A stretch of DNA of 29,020 bases. Source: Prasinococcaceae sp. CCMP 1430 (taxonomy: Eukaryota; Plantae; Prasinodermophyta). The stretch lies in NCBI GenBank assembly GCA_013416795.1, contig RQSC01001211.1:19743-48762 (forward strand). The letters are read 5' to 3'. Position numbers and translations under genes: made by a program. Below the pieces are notes generated by a model. The model was not told the origin of the DNA, did not search any database, and saw nothing but the letters and a program-made list of their open reading frames with translations. The first letter of the stretch is position 1. Each line of letters starts with the position of its first letter. Positions 9,818 to 19,574 of this stretch are shown here, piece after piece.

Positions 9818-10074
9818 GGCGGCAGGCTCCTATGCGCCCGTGGGGATGTCGGGATCGGCCGTGCGGGGGAAGCGTGCGCCTGTCCGACTCTTCCTGCGCA
9901 GCGCGTGCGCCGTGGGCGGCCTTGAGCGCTGCGGGCCGCGCGTACGCGAGCGGGTGCGCACGAGCGATGCGCGCGCGCGGCACCTGATCCGCGGCGCGCG
10001 CGGACGCGCTGTGGCTCCTTCGCAAGCGCAGGCCCTCTAGAGTTGCGCGTGAGCATCGGCTTGGGTGCCGATTA

Positions 10075-10087
10075 GGGGGGGGGGGGG
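10075..10087. repeat. G13 tract followed by AGGAGGGGGAGGA
   Basis: Direct read; lies upstream of the 8141-9817 gene. Confidence 0.9.
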
Positions 10088-10199
10088 AGGAGGGGGAGGA
10101 GCCCCGTTGCGGCGCCCGCGCTCGCCCAGGCTGGGCCGCGGCTCCCTCCCTCGGCCCGCACATGCTCCTGCGGTGCGCGTGTCCCTGTCTGTGCGTATC

Positions 10200-10450
10200 G
10201 CACTCAATTGGCAATTGGCAATTGACGCGACCTGGCGCTCGCGCGCGCCCGTTCCGGCAACGAGCAGCGGCGCGCGCTGGCGCAGTTCAAAATCAAGGGG
10301 AGACAAAAGGCGCGCCCGTGGGTAATTTCGCTTTTGATTTAAATGAGAGTATGTATATGAGCGTCGTGATGTGCGCAGACGCCGCGCGGGCGCGGCGGTG
10401 GCGCGGCGTGCGTCCCCGGCCCGAGCTCGCCTTGCTCTGTCAAATTGCTT
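10200..10450. promoter_or_regulatory. AT-enriched core of the divergent promoter between the SAXO-like and LRRC72-like genes
   Basis: CAATTG x3 at 10205-10224; AAAATC 10289-10294; TTTTGATTTAAAT at about 10332-10344. Confidence 0.4.
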
Positions 10451-10681
10451 TAGCGCCGTTTCATCAGCACGATACAGACAAGGTCGACACTAATGGCGCC
10501 TCAGCGTTAATGCGCGCGGCACATGCTGCGCCCCGGGCGCCACCGGCTGCGTCGGTGCGGCCCGGGCCCGGAGCGCGGGGGGGGAGGCGGAGAGAGGTAG
10601 AGCGGGGCGTACGGTGCGCGGTGGGAAGGGTGGCGGGACGGACGGGGACGAGCCCACCGCACGCGCTCGGGAGCAAGCGGT

Positions 10682-11677
10682 ATGGCGCCCGTGCGGGGAG
10701 CGCTCGGCGCAGCTGACAGCACCAAGACCGTCTCGGAGCCGCACAAGGAGATCGTCGGCGAGGGTAAGAACGCCAAGTACGTGAAGGACTGCACGGAGCT
10801 CCACCTGGGCAAGCGCGGCATCGAGCTGATTGCCGGCTTTGAGACGCTGGTCAACCTCGAGATCCTGTGGCTCAACGACAACAGGCTCACGCGCATTGCG
10901 GGGCTCGACGCCAACCTCCGAATCCGGAGGCTGTACGTGCACAATAATGCCGTCTCGAGTCTCAAGGGCTCGCTGCAGCACTTCAAGTTCCTGCAAGTGC
11001 TCGACCTTGCGAACAATCACCTGCATGACCTAGAGCGTGTCCTTGGCTTGCTGGGCCAGTTCAACTTCCTCGAGGACCTCACACTGAAGGGCAACCCGTG
11101 CTGCGAGGAGGAGGACTACCGACTACGCGTGATCACCGCTCTGCCGAGCCTGCACATCCTTGACTGCCACGTGATAAAGGACAGCGAGCGTAGGAAGGCG
11201 CGCCGCACTTTCCGCACTGGCGGCGTTGAGAAGCTCTCGCTGGCCTTCGGCGAGGCCTACGAGCGGCCAGAACTCGAGGGGCCGCCGGTGGACGTCTTCG
11301 CAAAGGTCAAGGCGGCCGCCGACCGCCTCGCCGCGCAAAAGGCCAAACTCTCATCGCACGCCGAGCAGATCATGTACAAGGATGCGTACGGCACTGCGCA
11401 CGCGATGAAGCGCGCCACGCTGCCGCATCCAGAGACAATATACGGCGCGTGGGGAAGGCCCCCGGCGGAGCCCTTCGACATCACCAAACATGCGGCGGCC
11501 GAGGCTAAGGGCGCACAGCATGGCGATGGTGCTGACAGCGGTGGCGCGCCCACCGACACGCCGCCTGCGCTCGGGACGAGTGGCGCAGTCAAGTGGGCCA
11601 CTGACAAGCCTGGGCGCGGCGCTGCTGAGAGGCCCAAGGACTTCTTCCGCACGGCATCTAGCGCGTTGTACATCTAA
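10682..11677 (+). CDS. LRRC72: Leucine-rich repeat protein with LRRcap, LRRC72-like, 331 aa
   Basis: LxxLxLxxNxL repeats (LEILWLNDNRL, IRRLYVHNNAV, LQVLDLANNHL) and LRRcap LKGNPCCEEEDYRLRVITALPSLHILD...SERRKA. The LRRC72 subfamily assignment is less certain than the LRR call. Confidence 0.75.
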   Translation: MAPVRGALGAADSTKTVSEPHKEIVGEGKNAKYVKDCTELHLGKRGIELIAGFETLVNLEILWLNDNRLTRIAGLDANLRIRRLYVHNNAVSSLKGSLQHFKFLQVLDLANNHLHDLERVLGLLGQFNFLEDLTLKGNPCCEEEDYRLRVITALPSLHILDCHVIKDSERRKARRTFRTGGVEKLSLAFGEAYERPELEGPPVDVFAKVKAAADRLAAQKAKLSSHAEQIMYKDAYGTAHAMKRATLPHPETIYGAWGRPPAEPFDITKHAAAEAKGAQHGDGADSGGAPTDTPPALGTSGAVKWATDKPGRGAAERPKDFFRTASSALYI

Positions 11678-11739
11678 TCTAATAAAGAGAGGCGGCCTGC
11701 GATTCGAGGTAATCGCGGGCTCCTCTGCGCGCGGCTCTT

Positions 11740-11744
11740 TGTAA
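11740..11744 (+). terminator. TGTAA poly(A)-type signal of the LRRC72-like gene
   Basis: About 60 nt after the stop; UGUAA is the known chlorophyte near-upstream element. Confidence 0.55.
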
Positions 11745-11917
11745 CACGCCCAAAATGTGACATCACTCCCACCCGTTTGTTCATGGCGCGAGCGCGCCCA
11801 TCGACTGGCGACGCGGGTGTGATTTGCGGCGATGTACTTGCAACTCCTCTCGCATTCACCGCGCTCGATGATGCTCGCGCGCGCATGCAGCCCTCGACTT
11901 TGGCTCGAACGAAAGTA

Positions 11918-11922
11918 TTACA
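11918..11922 (-). terminator. TGTAA poly(A)-type signal of the RBP gene
   Basis: TTACA on the + strand, about 25 nt past the stop at 11947. Confidence 0.5.
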
Positions 11923-11946
11923 TCGACACTTGTGTGCCCGTGAACG

Positions 11947-12100
11947 TTAGTACGGCCTATACCGCTGTGCCTGCTGCTGGTTCTGGCCCCCCATAGGGCC
12001 GCCAGACTGCTGCGCCGAGGGCTGCTGAGGTGGTTCCTGCCCATAATAAGCCACGTAGGCGGCGACCTGCTCCTGGGTATAGCCACTCGGATGTACTTGG

Positions 12101-12136
<36 letters not shown>

Positions 12137-13428
12137 ATCTGGTTTCCTTGCTGGTAGTAGGGCCCTGTCATCTGAGGAGCGGCCGCCGCAGGTTGCGGCT
12201 GTCCCTGCTGTGACCAGCCGGCGTACTGGGCGCTGGCAGGCATCTGCGGCTGCTGTTGTGCTTGCATGCCGTAGCCCATCGCCTGCTGGCCAGCACCTAG
12301 CGCCCGCTGGCCGTATCCAAACGCCGCCTGGCCGTACCCTTGGGCAGGTTGACCGTACCCCGGCCCCTGCTGGCCGTATCCCATGCCGGGTGGCGGGCCA
12401 TGCCCCATACCAGGCCGCGGGATGCCGCCGGGGCCGAGCGGCGTCGGCGCGTCGTACGAGCGCGGCGCGTTGCACTTTTTGCATTCCGTGCGGAACGAGA
12501 AGTTGATGTTGCCGCACGAGTTGCAGGCCCAGTCGCCGGGGCGCATGTGATGGCCATTCGTGAAGCCGGCCATGTTGAGCGGCTTGTGGCCACCTGGCAT
12601 TCCTTGGAAGCCCGGGCGGAAGCCACCCCCCATCCCGCCGAACTGCTTGTTGGCTTCCACCACGTGGCGAGGCTGCGCGTAGCGCACCTCGACAACGCCC
12701 GTGCCGAGCGTCGGGACGCCAGCGTCGATGCACGCCTTCGAGCCCGCGAGGTCCTCGTACGTGACGAAGCCGTAGCCGCGCGCGCGGCCGTCCGCGGTCC
12801 TCACCTGGTGGACGTCGGTCGTATTCCCGAAGCGCGAGAAGTACTCTTTGAAGTCCTCATCGCTCACGTCCGAGAGGCCGCCCACAAAGATCTTATTTGT
12901 GGGCTGGTTGCTACCCGGCGGGGCCGAGCCGGCCGGCCTGCTCGCGCTCTTAGAGATCGCCGGTCGCACGTCCAGCGTGCGGCCGTTGATCACGTGCGGC
13001 CCGCCATTCATGAATGCGTTTGCCATGGTCTCCGTCTCGAAGGTCACGAATCCGAACCCGCGCCCCTCCATGATGATCGAGTCGACCACGGTGCCGAACT
13101 TCGAGCAGAACATCAAGAGGTCGGCCGTCGATATGATCGTGCCCACGCCGCCGACGAAGACCTTGCAGGGTGTCGCGTCGTCAGGCCGGCCGGCCGGCTT
13201 GGCGGCATCGGCCGCTGGCGCGTCCTCCCCAGCATCCTGCGCGGCAGGCGCGGCGGTCCCCTTCGCGCCCTCGTCCTCCTCCTCCGCAGCGTGCGGGGCG
13301 TCCTCGGTGGCGAGCACGGCCTCCTCCTGCTGCTGCTCGCCGGGCCCCTCAGCAGCGTCTTCCTCCCGCGTCTCCACCGCGCCGGGATCGGCGGTCGCGC
13401 CGCCATCTTCCTCCCCGGGCGCTGCCAT
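11947..13428 (-). CDS. RNA-binding protein: 2 RRMs (Musashi/hnRNP A/D-like) + RanBP2-type zinc finger + G/Y/Q-rich prion-like tail, 493 aa
   Basis: RNP2/RNP1 motifs KVFVGG...RGFGFVTF and KIFVGGL...RGYGFVTY; ZnF RPGDWACNSCGNINFSFRTECKKC; GYGQ repeats and polyQ. ATG 13428 (aagATGg); the ORF track start at 13674 runs through a poly-C tract. Confidence 0.92.
12101..12136 (-). repeat. CAG trinucleotide repeat encoding polyQ (Q11)
   Basis: (TGC)12 on the + strand. Confidence 0.95.
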
Positions 13429-13506
13429 CTTCGGCCGCGCGGCTTCCGCCACCGGCCCGCGCCAGCGGCCCGCGCAGCGCTCGCGGCGCCTGGCGGCGGC
13501 CGCCCA

Positions 13507-13556
<50 letters not shown>
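13507..13556. repeat. G50 homopolymer (poly-C on the RBP sense strand)
   Basis: Direct read; 79 nt upstream of the RBP ATG. Confidence 0.9.
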
Positions 13557-13619
13557 CGCGGTCGACGCGCGCGGTGTGGGGCACGCCGCACACTGTACCG
13601 TACAACCAAGCAAAAGTAC

Positions 13620-14010
13620 CGCATATCAAAATCAAAATCACCACGGTCGAAACCCCATCAGAACGCGTCGACATTCATGCGCTGGGAAATCAAAATAAAA
13701 ATAAAAATAAAAATCAAAATCAAAATCAAAATACCGATAGCGTCAAAAACAAAAAGAATTGAGAGGTCAGAATGCGTTGAAAGGGACCCTTAAATCTTTT
13801 TGTTGTTTTTTGTTGCTCACTTGCGCGGGCGTGCGCATTCGGGTTTTACAGTAGGGTTCTCGATTTAATGCCTTTATATGTATCATTTCGGTTCGCTTTG
13901 ATTCATTTGGATCATTTTGCTGCGAGTTCGGGTTATTTTACGATTGACCAAGCCATTTTTTGGTCCCCTTGTCGCTACCTGGTAACATGGATTTCACATC
14001 AAAATAAATC
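13620..14010. promoter_or_regulatory. AT-rich divergent promoter island between the RBP and FLOE genes
   Basis: Sharp drop in GC; AAAAT(A/C) hexamer array; lies between head-to-head starts at 13428 and 14295. Confidence 0.55.
13687..13732. repeat. AAAAT(A/C) hexamer microsatellite, about 7.5 units
   Basis: aaatc aaaata aaaata aaaata aaaatc aaaatc aaaatc aaaata; two more AAAATC at 13628-13639. Confidence 0.95.
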
Positions 14011-14294
14011 CGTCGGATCCGCGCGCGCGCCCCCGCCCGCCCGCCTGGCGCGCGCGGGCCCGCGAGGTGGCGGGACGGCGCCCCATCAAAACGCACTCGA
14101 GGGGGGGGTGTTTTGCGGTTGCTGCGCGCGAGCGGCATCCAAAGCGTGAACGCGGCGTCGGGTCGCCCCGCGTGCTCGCCTCGGCGTCTGCCCCCACGAC
14201 CGGACTTTCGCCCGGTGGGCTCGAGTTCTCGCCCGCGGCGCGCGATCCGCTGGACGAGCTTCAGTCGTTTCTGCCGACGCCCACGCCGCGCGGC

Positions 14295-15527
14295 ATGCCC
14301 GAGGACACCGTGATGCCCATGCCCGCGGCCAAGGCCGAGCCCGCCGACGCGCCGGCGGACGCGCCGGCGCCCGCAGCGCAGGCGAAGAAGCCCATGGGGC
14401 GCGGGCTCACGGAGGATCAGGTCGCGATGATTTCCACCGCCGTTACCAAGGCGGTGAAAGCGCAATTCGACACGACGGCCAAGGTGCTCGGCATGATAAC
14501 AGAGCGGCTCGGCGCGCTCGAGACGCGCAGCGAATCGCTCGCGGCGGCGCTCGTCGAGCTGCATTCCGAGGGCGGTGCGCGGCACGAGGCGCTCGAGGCG
14601 CAGCTGGGTGAGGTCAAGGACGCCGTCGGTGAGGTTGGCCGCAACGTGCAGCTCATGCGGGATAGGGCAGAGCTGAAGGCAGAGACAGAGGCGCTCGTCG
14701 CACAGGCGAAACCCGCAAAGGCAGCCGCGGCGCCGGCAGAGCCCGAGCCGGCGGCGCCAGCGGTCGAGTCGAAGCCCGCTGAGGCTCCCGCGCAGCCACC
14801 GCCAGCGCCTGGCGTCTCCCCTTCGCCACGCCCGCCGCCGGCGTCACCGCCTGGCCCGCCTCCGCCGCATCCCCAGGGGCCCGGAATGCCGCCGCCCCCG
14901 CCGCCCGGGCCGCCCGGACCCTTCGGGGGGCCGCCACCACCACCTGGACCGCCCGGACCCTACGGAGGCCCACCGCCCCATGGCCCGCCGGGTCCGCCAG
15001 GCCCGCCACCCCCTGGTCCGCCGGGTCCGCCGGGTCCGCCCCCACCTGGTCCGCCGGGGCCGCGCGGCCCGCCTCCTCCGGGACCGCCCGGACCGCCCGG
15101 GCATCCGCCCCCACCAGGCCCGCCTGGCCCGCCAGGAGGTCCACTCCCTCCACCGCCACCTGGGGGCTATCCGTCGTCGTACCCGTCGCCGCCGCCGCCG
15201 CCGATGGTCGGTGGGTCGCCGGGTGTGCCGCCGCCGCCGCCCGGCACGTACGGCGCGCCACCCGCGCCAGTCCCTGCACCGCGCGGGCCACCACCGCCAG
15301 CGGCAAGTCTGAGCTCGAGTGCGGTACCCATGGACAAGATAGTAGCCGACGTTGCCGCCATGGGATTCAGCCCGCAGCAGGTGCAGGCAGTCATCCAGCA
15401 GCTCACGTCCAACGGCCAGAACGTCGACCTAAATGTGGTGCTCGACAAGCTCATGAACGGGCCGTCGGGTCCGGGGCGCGGTGCTGCTCCGAGCCCCCCC
15501 ATGCAGCATGGTCAGTGGTACCGGTAG
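14295..15527 (+). CDS. FLOE: FLOE-family protein: coiled coil + Pro/Gly-rich disordered region + C-terminal DUF1421 (UBA-like)
   Basis: C-terminal VPMDKIVADVAAMGFSPQQVQAVIQQLTSNGQNVDLNVVLDKLMNG is the DUF1421 signature; the coiled coil ending VGRNVQLMRDRAEL matches the FLOE coiled-coil end. First ATG is 14295, but the frame is open from 14067 (GTG), so the start is uncertain. Confidence 0.88.
   Translation: MPEDTVMPMPAAKAEPADAPADAPAPAAQAKKPMGRGLTEDQVAMISTAVTKAVKAQFDTTAKVLGMITERLGALETRSESLAAALVELHSEGGARHEALEAQLGEVKDAVGEVGRNVQLMRDRAELKAETEALVAQAKPAKAAAAPAEPEPAAPAVESKPAEAPAQPPPAPGVSPSPRPPPASPPGPPPPHPQGPGMPPPPPPGPPGPFGGPPPPPGPPGPYGGPPPHGPPGPPGPPPPGPPGPPGPPPPGPPGPRGPPPPGPPGPPGHPPPPGPPGPPGGPLPPPPPGGYPSSYPSPPPPPMVGGSPGVPPPPPGTYGAPPAPVPAPRGPPPPAASLSSSAVPMDKIVADVAAMGFSPQQVQAVIQQLTSNGQNVDLNVVLDKLMNGPSGPGRGAAPSPPMQHGQWYR
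14982..15164 (+). repeat. About five 33-nt (11-aa GPPGPPGPPPP) coding repeats
   Basis: Units start at 14982, 15015, 15048, 15081 and 15117 and are synonymously diverged. Confidence 0.9.
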
Positions 15528-15687
15528 GTGCGCGAAGGCGAGGACGGGGTGCGACAGCTCCACGCTTCGGGATTCGCACAAGCGGCGAGCCGGCGCAGTG
15601 GGGACCTCGGGCCTGCGGCTCAGCTGCTTGCTGGTGTGAGGATGCGCCGACCGCTGGGCCCCTGACAAGCGACGCAGCCCTGCCATG

Positions 15688-15692
15688 TGTAA
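15688..15692 (+). terminator. TGTAA poly(A)-type signal of the FLOE gene
   Basis: About 160 nt after the stop. Confidence 0.5.
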
Positions 15693-15875
15693 AGAATTTG
15701 TGCTGGTAGAGTCTTGGCCATGTCCACTGCTCCGCTAGCGACGCGTTGTTGTGGCAGCTACGTGAGCCGAGCAAGCACACTTGCGTGTGGAGAGGGCTGC
15801 AGTTGATGCGCGGAGCGCAATAGCACGCAGTGTGCTCGCGTTCGCGCGCGCGGGCAGCATATAGAACACACACAT

Positions 15876-15880
15876 TTACA
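15876..15880 (-). terminator. TGTAA poly(A)-type signal of CCB3
   Basis: TTACA on +, 13 nt past the stop (unusually close). Confidence 0.4.
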
Positions 15881-15892
15881 CGCCAGTACCCG

Positions 15893-16460
15893 TCACCGCT
15901 GCAGCAGCTTGAGGATGCCCTGCGGACCGAGCAGGATCTCGTTCATGAATGAGATCGTGGCCACGCCGATGATGGGCGTAATGTCCACGCCGCCGATGGG
16001 CGTGATGATCTTGCGCATCGGTGCGAGCACGGGCTCGGTGGGCAGCACGGCGAGCAGCCAGGGCATGCTCTCGTCGCGAATCTTCGGGTCCCAGCTCATC
16101 ACGATGCGCGTGATGAATGCGACGCTCATCAATGCGAAGAAAGGGCCCAGTACTGTAGCCACGCGGCGACGTGCGCGTGCGCATGTGTGTGCGTGGTGTG
16201 TTGATGCGGGCGCGGGCGCGGGGGTGGACAGGCGAGGATGGGTCAGTCGGTCAGGAACATGCACAGCAACCACGGTGCTCTGCACGCACGCTCAGGTGGG
16301 GGTGGGCGCCCGCACAGGGCGAGGCTGCGCACGCGTCCATCCCGCGGGCGGGAAGGGGGGGCGCACCTGATTCGAGGGTCGGGGCAATCGTTTCCGCGAT
16401 CGACGCCACGTCACCCACAGCCGCGCCCGCGGCCCCGGCCACCTCAGCCACGCCCGCCAC
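15893..16460 (-). CDS. CCB3: CCB3 (YGGT family; cytochrome b6 heme ci attachment factor); 5' end unresolved
   Basis: LGPFFALMSVAFITRIVMSWDPK...PTEPVLAPMRKIITPIGGVDITPII...FMNEILLGPQGILKLL is typical of CCB3. Exons 16367-16460 and 15893-16152; intron 16153-16366 (GTGCGC...CAG, phase 1). There is an in-frame TAG at 16479-16481 and no ATG between about 16460 and 16680. Confidence 0.88.
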
Positions 16461-16855
16461 CTGCGCCGCGATGGGTCTCTACGCTACGCCGCCAGGATGC
16501 GACGTGTCGGTGCCACCTGCAAGGCGCGTGCGGGCCTCGCGGGCGGGGCGGGGGGAAGCGCTCCGTGCGCGGGCGCTGTGGCAGCGCCGTGCGCGCGAGG
16601 ACCGCAAGCCCCAGCGCCTCTCACCACACACACACAAAAAAAAACGCCCCACACGGTGCTTTCCAGTGTTATCCTGTTAGAATTTCATATAATGTACCCA
16701 CGGGCGATCATCACATGCAATTTGAGCTGCGCATGCGCGGGAGTGCGCCACACCGTGCGCGCTCTGCGCGCGCGCACAGCGCAGCCGCGTGCTCCCTCCG
16801 GGCGGGGGGCGGACGGGCTGAAGGGGGCGTGCCTGGCGCGCGCGAGCGTGGGCGG

Positions 16856-17829
16856 ATGGAGGCGATGCGGGTGGAGCGCGCCGGGGGCAGCGCGCGCGCG
16901 CACCCCCGAGCGCGCGAGCGCGGGCGCGCGCCGCCGCGGTGGCCGCGGCCGAGGTGGGGGAAGGATCGGAGGCGTCGGTGGTGCGGTGTAAGGAGGCGCT
17001 GCGGTCTGCCATCGCGCGCGCGGGCTCGCGGGCGAGCGCTTCGGCCGGTGCGCGCGGCGCCGTCGCCGAGGCCATCAACAATTTGGCGGCGGCGGCGGAT
17101 GCTGCCGGCGCTGATGGTACGGGCGCCGAGAGCATTGTGGACACTCTCACGCGTGATGGAGGGCGCTGGAGGCTGGTGTTCACAACCGCACCGGATGTGC
17201 TCTTCCTGCTCGGCCTCGAGTCGCTGCCCGCGCCACCAGGGGCGCGCGTGCGCGTGGGCAACATCGACCAGGTGTTCGTGAAAGATGACGCTGCCCCTGG
17301 CGCCGGCGCTGTGTACAATGAGGCGAGCTTCGCGCTGCCGCCGTTGCTCGAGAGCGCCACGCTACGCGTGCGCACCGACTTTTCCGCCGCGCCCTCCGGT
17401 CGCCGCCTCACGCTGCGCTTCCTCGAGGCAGCAATCACCGACCTGGTGCCCGCACCCGTACTGGACGCGGTGCTGGCACCGCCGCTTATCCCGCGCATGG
17501 GCTCGCTGGGCGCAATCGCGGCGGTGTACGAAAAGGAGCTCACCGTGCCGCTGCTCGGCGCCCAAGACGCAGGTGGCGCGCTCTACCCTTTCCTAGGCGG
17601 ACGCCTAGGTGGCAAGGGTGGTAAGAGCAGCAGCGACAGCGGAGGCAGCACCGATGACAGCGGAGCTGGTAGCAGCAGTGGCCGTGGGGCGGCGCAGCCT
17701 GGCCCGGGCTACCTCCTGCTCTACGCCGACTCGGATACCTTCGTCGGCAGGCAGACTGACGGCGCCGCGGGGGAGTTCGTGTTCGAGAGGGTGCCGCAGA
17801 CAGAAGCTGCAACGGATTCTGAAGGATAG
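16856..17829 (+). CDS. PAP/fibrillin family plastid lipid-associated protein; 5' end needs a frame correction
   Basis: Fibrillin motifs GRWRLVFTT, VGNIDQVF, RRLTLRFLEA and C-terminal LLLYADSDTFVGRQTDG..EFVFER. The main frame has no ATG (GTG at 16939). ATG 16856 joins it if 2 nt are removed or 1 nt is added. Confidence 0.8.
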
Positions 17830-17952
17830 CCTCGGGCGCCACCACCCGCAGCGGGGAAGAGGGCGAGGGCTCGTCGTCGCAAGGCGAGCCGCTCGCCTCT
17901 TTCTCTCGCTCTGACGCGCGCGCACCGCGCGACTGGCCTGTCTGCGAGTGCG

Positions 17953-17957
17953 TTACA
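17953..17957 (-). terminator. TGTAA poly(A)-type signal of the ankyrin-RING gene
   Basis: TTACA on +, about 100 nt past the stop at 18059. Confidence 0.5.
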
Positions 17958-18058
17958 GTGTATGTGGTAATTTGATGGCATTCGTGTGTAGTTCTGTGCG
18001 CGTGCTCGCCGCGGGCGAGCGCCCAAGCACGCGCTCGGGACAGACGCTCTTCCTGTGG

Positions 18059-19144
18059 TCAGGATTCGTAGATTGTCGTACACGCAGTGGCACGCTGGCG
18101 GCAGATGGGGCACAGTTTGGCCACCCGCATGATGTCGTCACCACACTGGGCGCACACCACGTAGTGCATGCACGGCACGAATGCACACGCGCGTGGCGCG
18201 TCGAGGCACACCACGCATGTCGAGCGCTCGGCAGCCGCCGACGCGTCGCGTGGTGTCTCAGGCAGCGCGACGCGCAGGGGGGGAGGCACGGGCGCGCCGC
18301 CCGCCTGAGTATTGCCAGCTCTTTCGCTGCGCTGTGCCGCCTCCTGCTGGCGTAGCAAGAGCTGCACGCGTGCACTCGTTCCTCCATCTGTCTCTGCGTC
18401 CACCTCCTGCGGCGGTTCTCGCTGCTGTTCCGAAGCCTGTTGTGGGGCGTTCACATCATCCCCCAGCTGCGGCTGCCCGCGCACCTGCACCTGCGTGTGC
18501 GCTTGCTCTCTTCTCAGGCGGTCGACATCGGCCAGCGCCTCGCGCATGCGCTCGGAGGCCATCTCCATGGCGCAGAGCCCGTTGGCAGCCCGGCGGCCCG
18601 AGTCGGCGCCCGCCGCTGCGAGGAGCCTCGCCATCGGAACGTCGTCGTTGTAGCACGCCTCCATCAGCGGCGTGACACCCGTCTTGTCGTCCACCGCGTC
18701 GGCAGTAGCGCCAGCGTCGAGCAACGCGCGCACGGCATCATGGTGCCCACGTGCGGTGGCTGCACGCAACGGGACCACGCCAGCGCGGTTGGCCGCCTCG
18801 GAGCTTGCGCCAGCGGCGAGCAGCGTGGCGACGCACGTGGCATGGCCGTTCGCGGCTGCCACCCATAGCGGCGGCGGGAGCGGAGCAGCTCGAGCACCCT
18901 CACTGAGGCCATCGTCAGCTTCAATACTGCTGCCCTCGTCCCGAGCAGCGTCAGCGCCCGCTTCCAGCAGCGCTGCAACGCAGTCCGCGTGGCCGTTGAA
19001 CGCAGCTGCATACAACGGCGTGCCGCCCGTGCGCTCATCGCGTGCGTCGGCGTCCGCGCCTGCGGAGAGAGTGGCGCGCAGCGCGCGTTCATCGCCGCGG
19101 AAGGCGGCGTCGAAGACTGCCGACGGGGGCGCGGCGCTCCCCAT
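18059..19144 (-). CDS. Ankyrin-repeat + C3HC4 RING E3 ubiquitin ligase (XBAT3-like architecture), 361 aa
   Basis: Ankyrin repeats GGTPLYAAAFNGHADCVAALLEAGA, PLWVAAANGHATCVATLLAAGA, PLRAATARGHHDAVRALLDAGA and GVTPLMEAC; RING CVVCLDAPRACAFVPCMHYVVCAQC...CPICR. Confidence 0.92.
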   Translation of the reverse strand: MGSAAPPSAVFDAAFRGDERALRATLSAGADADARDERTGGTPLYAAAFNGHADCVAALLEAGADAARDEGSSIEADDGLSEGARAAPLPPPLWVAAANGHATCVATLLAAGASSEAANRAGVVPLRAATARGHHDAVRALLDAGATADAVDDKTGVTPLMEACYNDDVPMARLLAAAGADSGRRAANGLCAMEMASERMREALADVDRLRREQAHTQVQVRGQPQLGDDVNAPQQASEQQREPPQEVDAETDGGTSARVQLLLRQQEAAQRSERAGNTQAGGAPVPPPLRVALPETPRDASAAAERSTCVVCLDAPRACAFVPCMHYVVCAQCGDDIMRVAKLCPICRQRATACTTIYES

Positions 19145-19239
19145 CCCCGCCGCACGCGCCTGGGCTGGGTGAGCGGGCGTGTTTGCCCAGGCTGCCCCCC
19201 ACGTTCACGCGCCCTGGTCGCCCTCAAAGAGAGGACGCT

Positions 19240-19275
<36 letters not shown>
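19240..19275. repeat. (GCC)12 trinucleotide repeat in the ankyrin-RING / glutaminyl cyclase divergent region
   Basis: Direct read. Confidence 0.95.
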
Positions 19276-19279
<4 letters not shown>

Positions 19280-19574
19280 TCTCACACCGCCTTCACGCCC
19301 CCAACCCCCCCGCCTACCAACCCTCGCGCGCGCGCTTCCCCCAACACCCCAAGTTGAGCACGCTTTGTGGGTGGGTGGGCGGGTGGCGCGCGCTGTGTGG
19401 TGCGCCTGCACCCATGCGCAGGCACACGCATTTGTTCGCGGACCGGCGTCAGCAGCACGTTTACGACGCGCCAGAGAGCGCGCTTCCGCGGCGCGCAGCA
19501 CGCGCCTTGCGGAAGCGCACGAACACCCTGTGCGGCTCCCTCTACCTGTGCCCCCCCCCCTCCGCCTCTCTCGC

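Noticed and set aside
14982-15164. True collagen domain in FLOE
   Set aside because: The Gly-X-Y register breaks every three triplets, too short for a stable triple helix.
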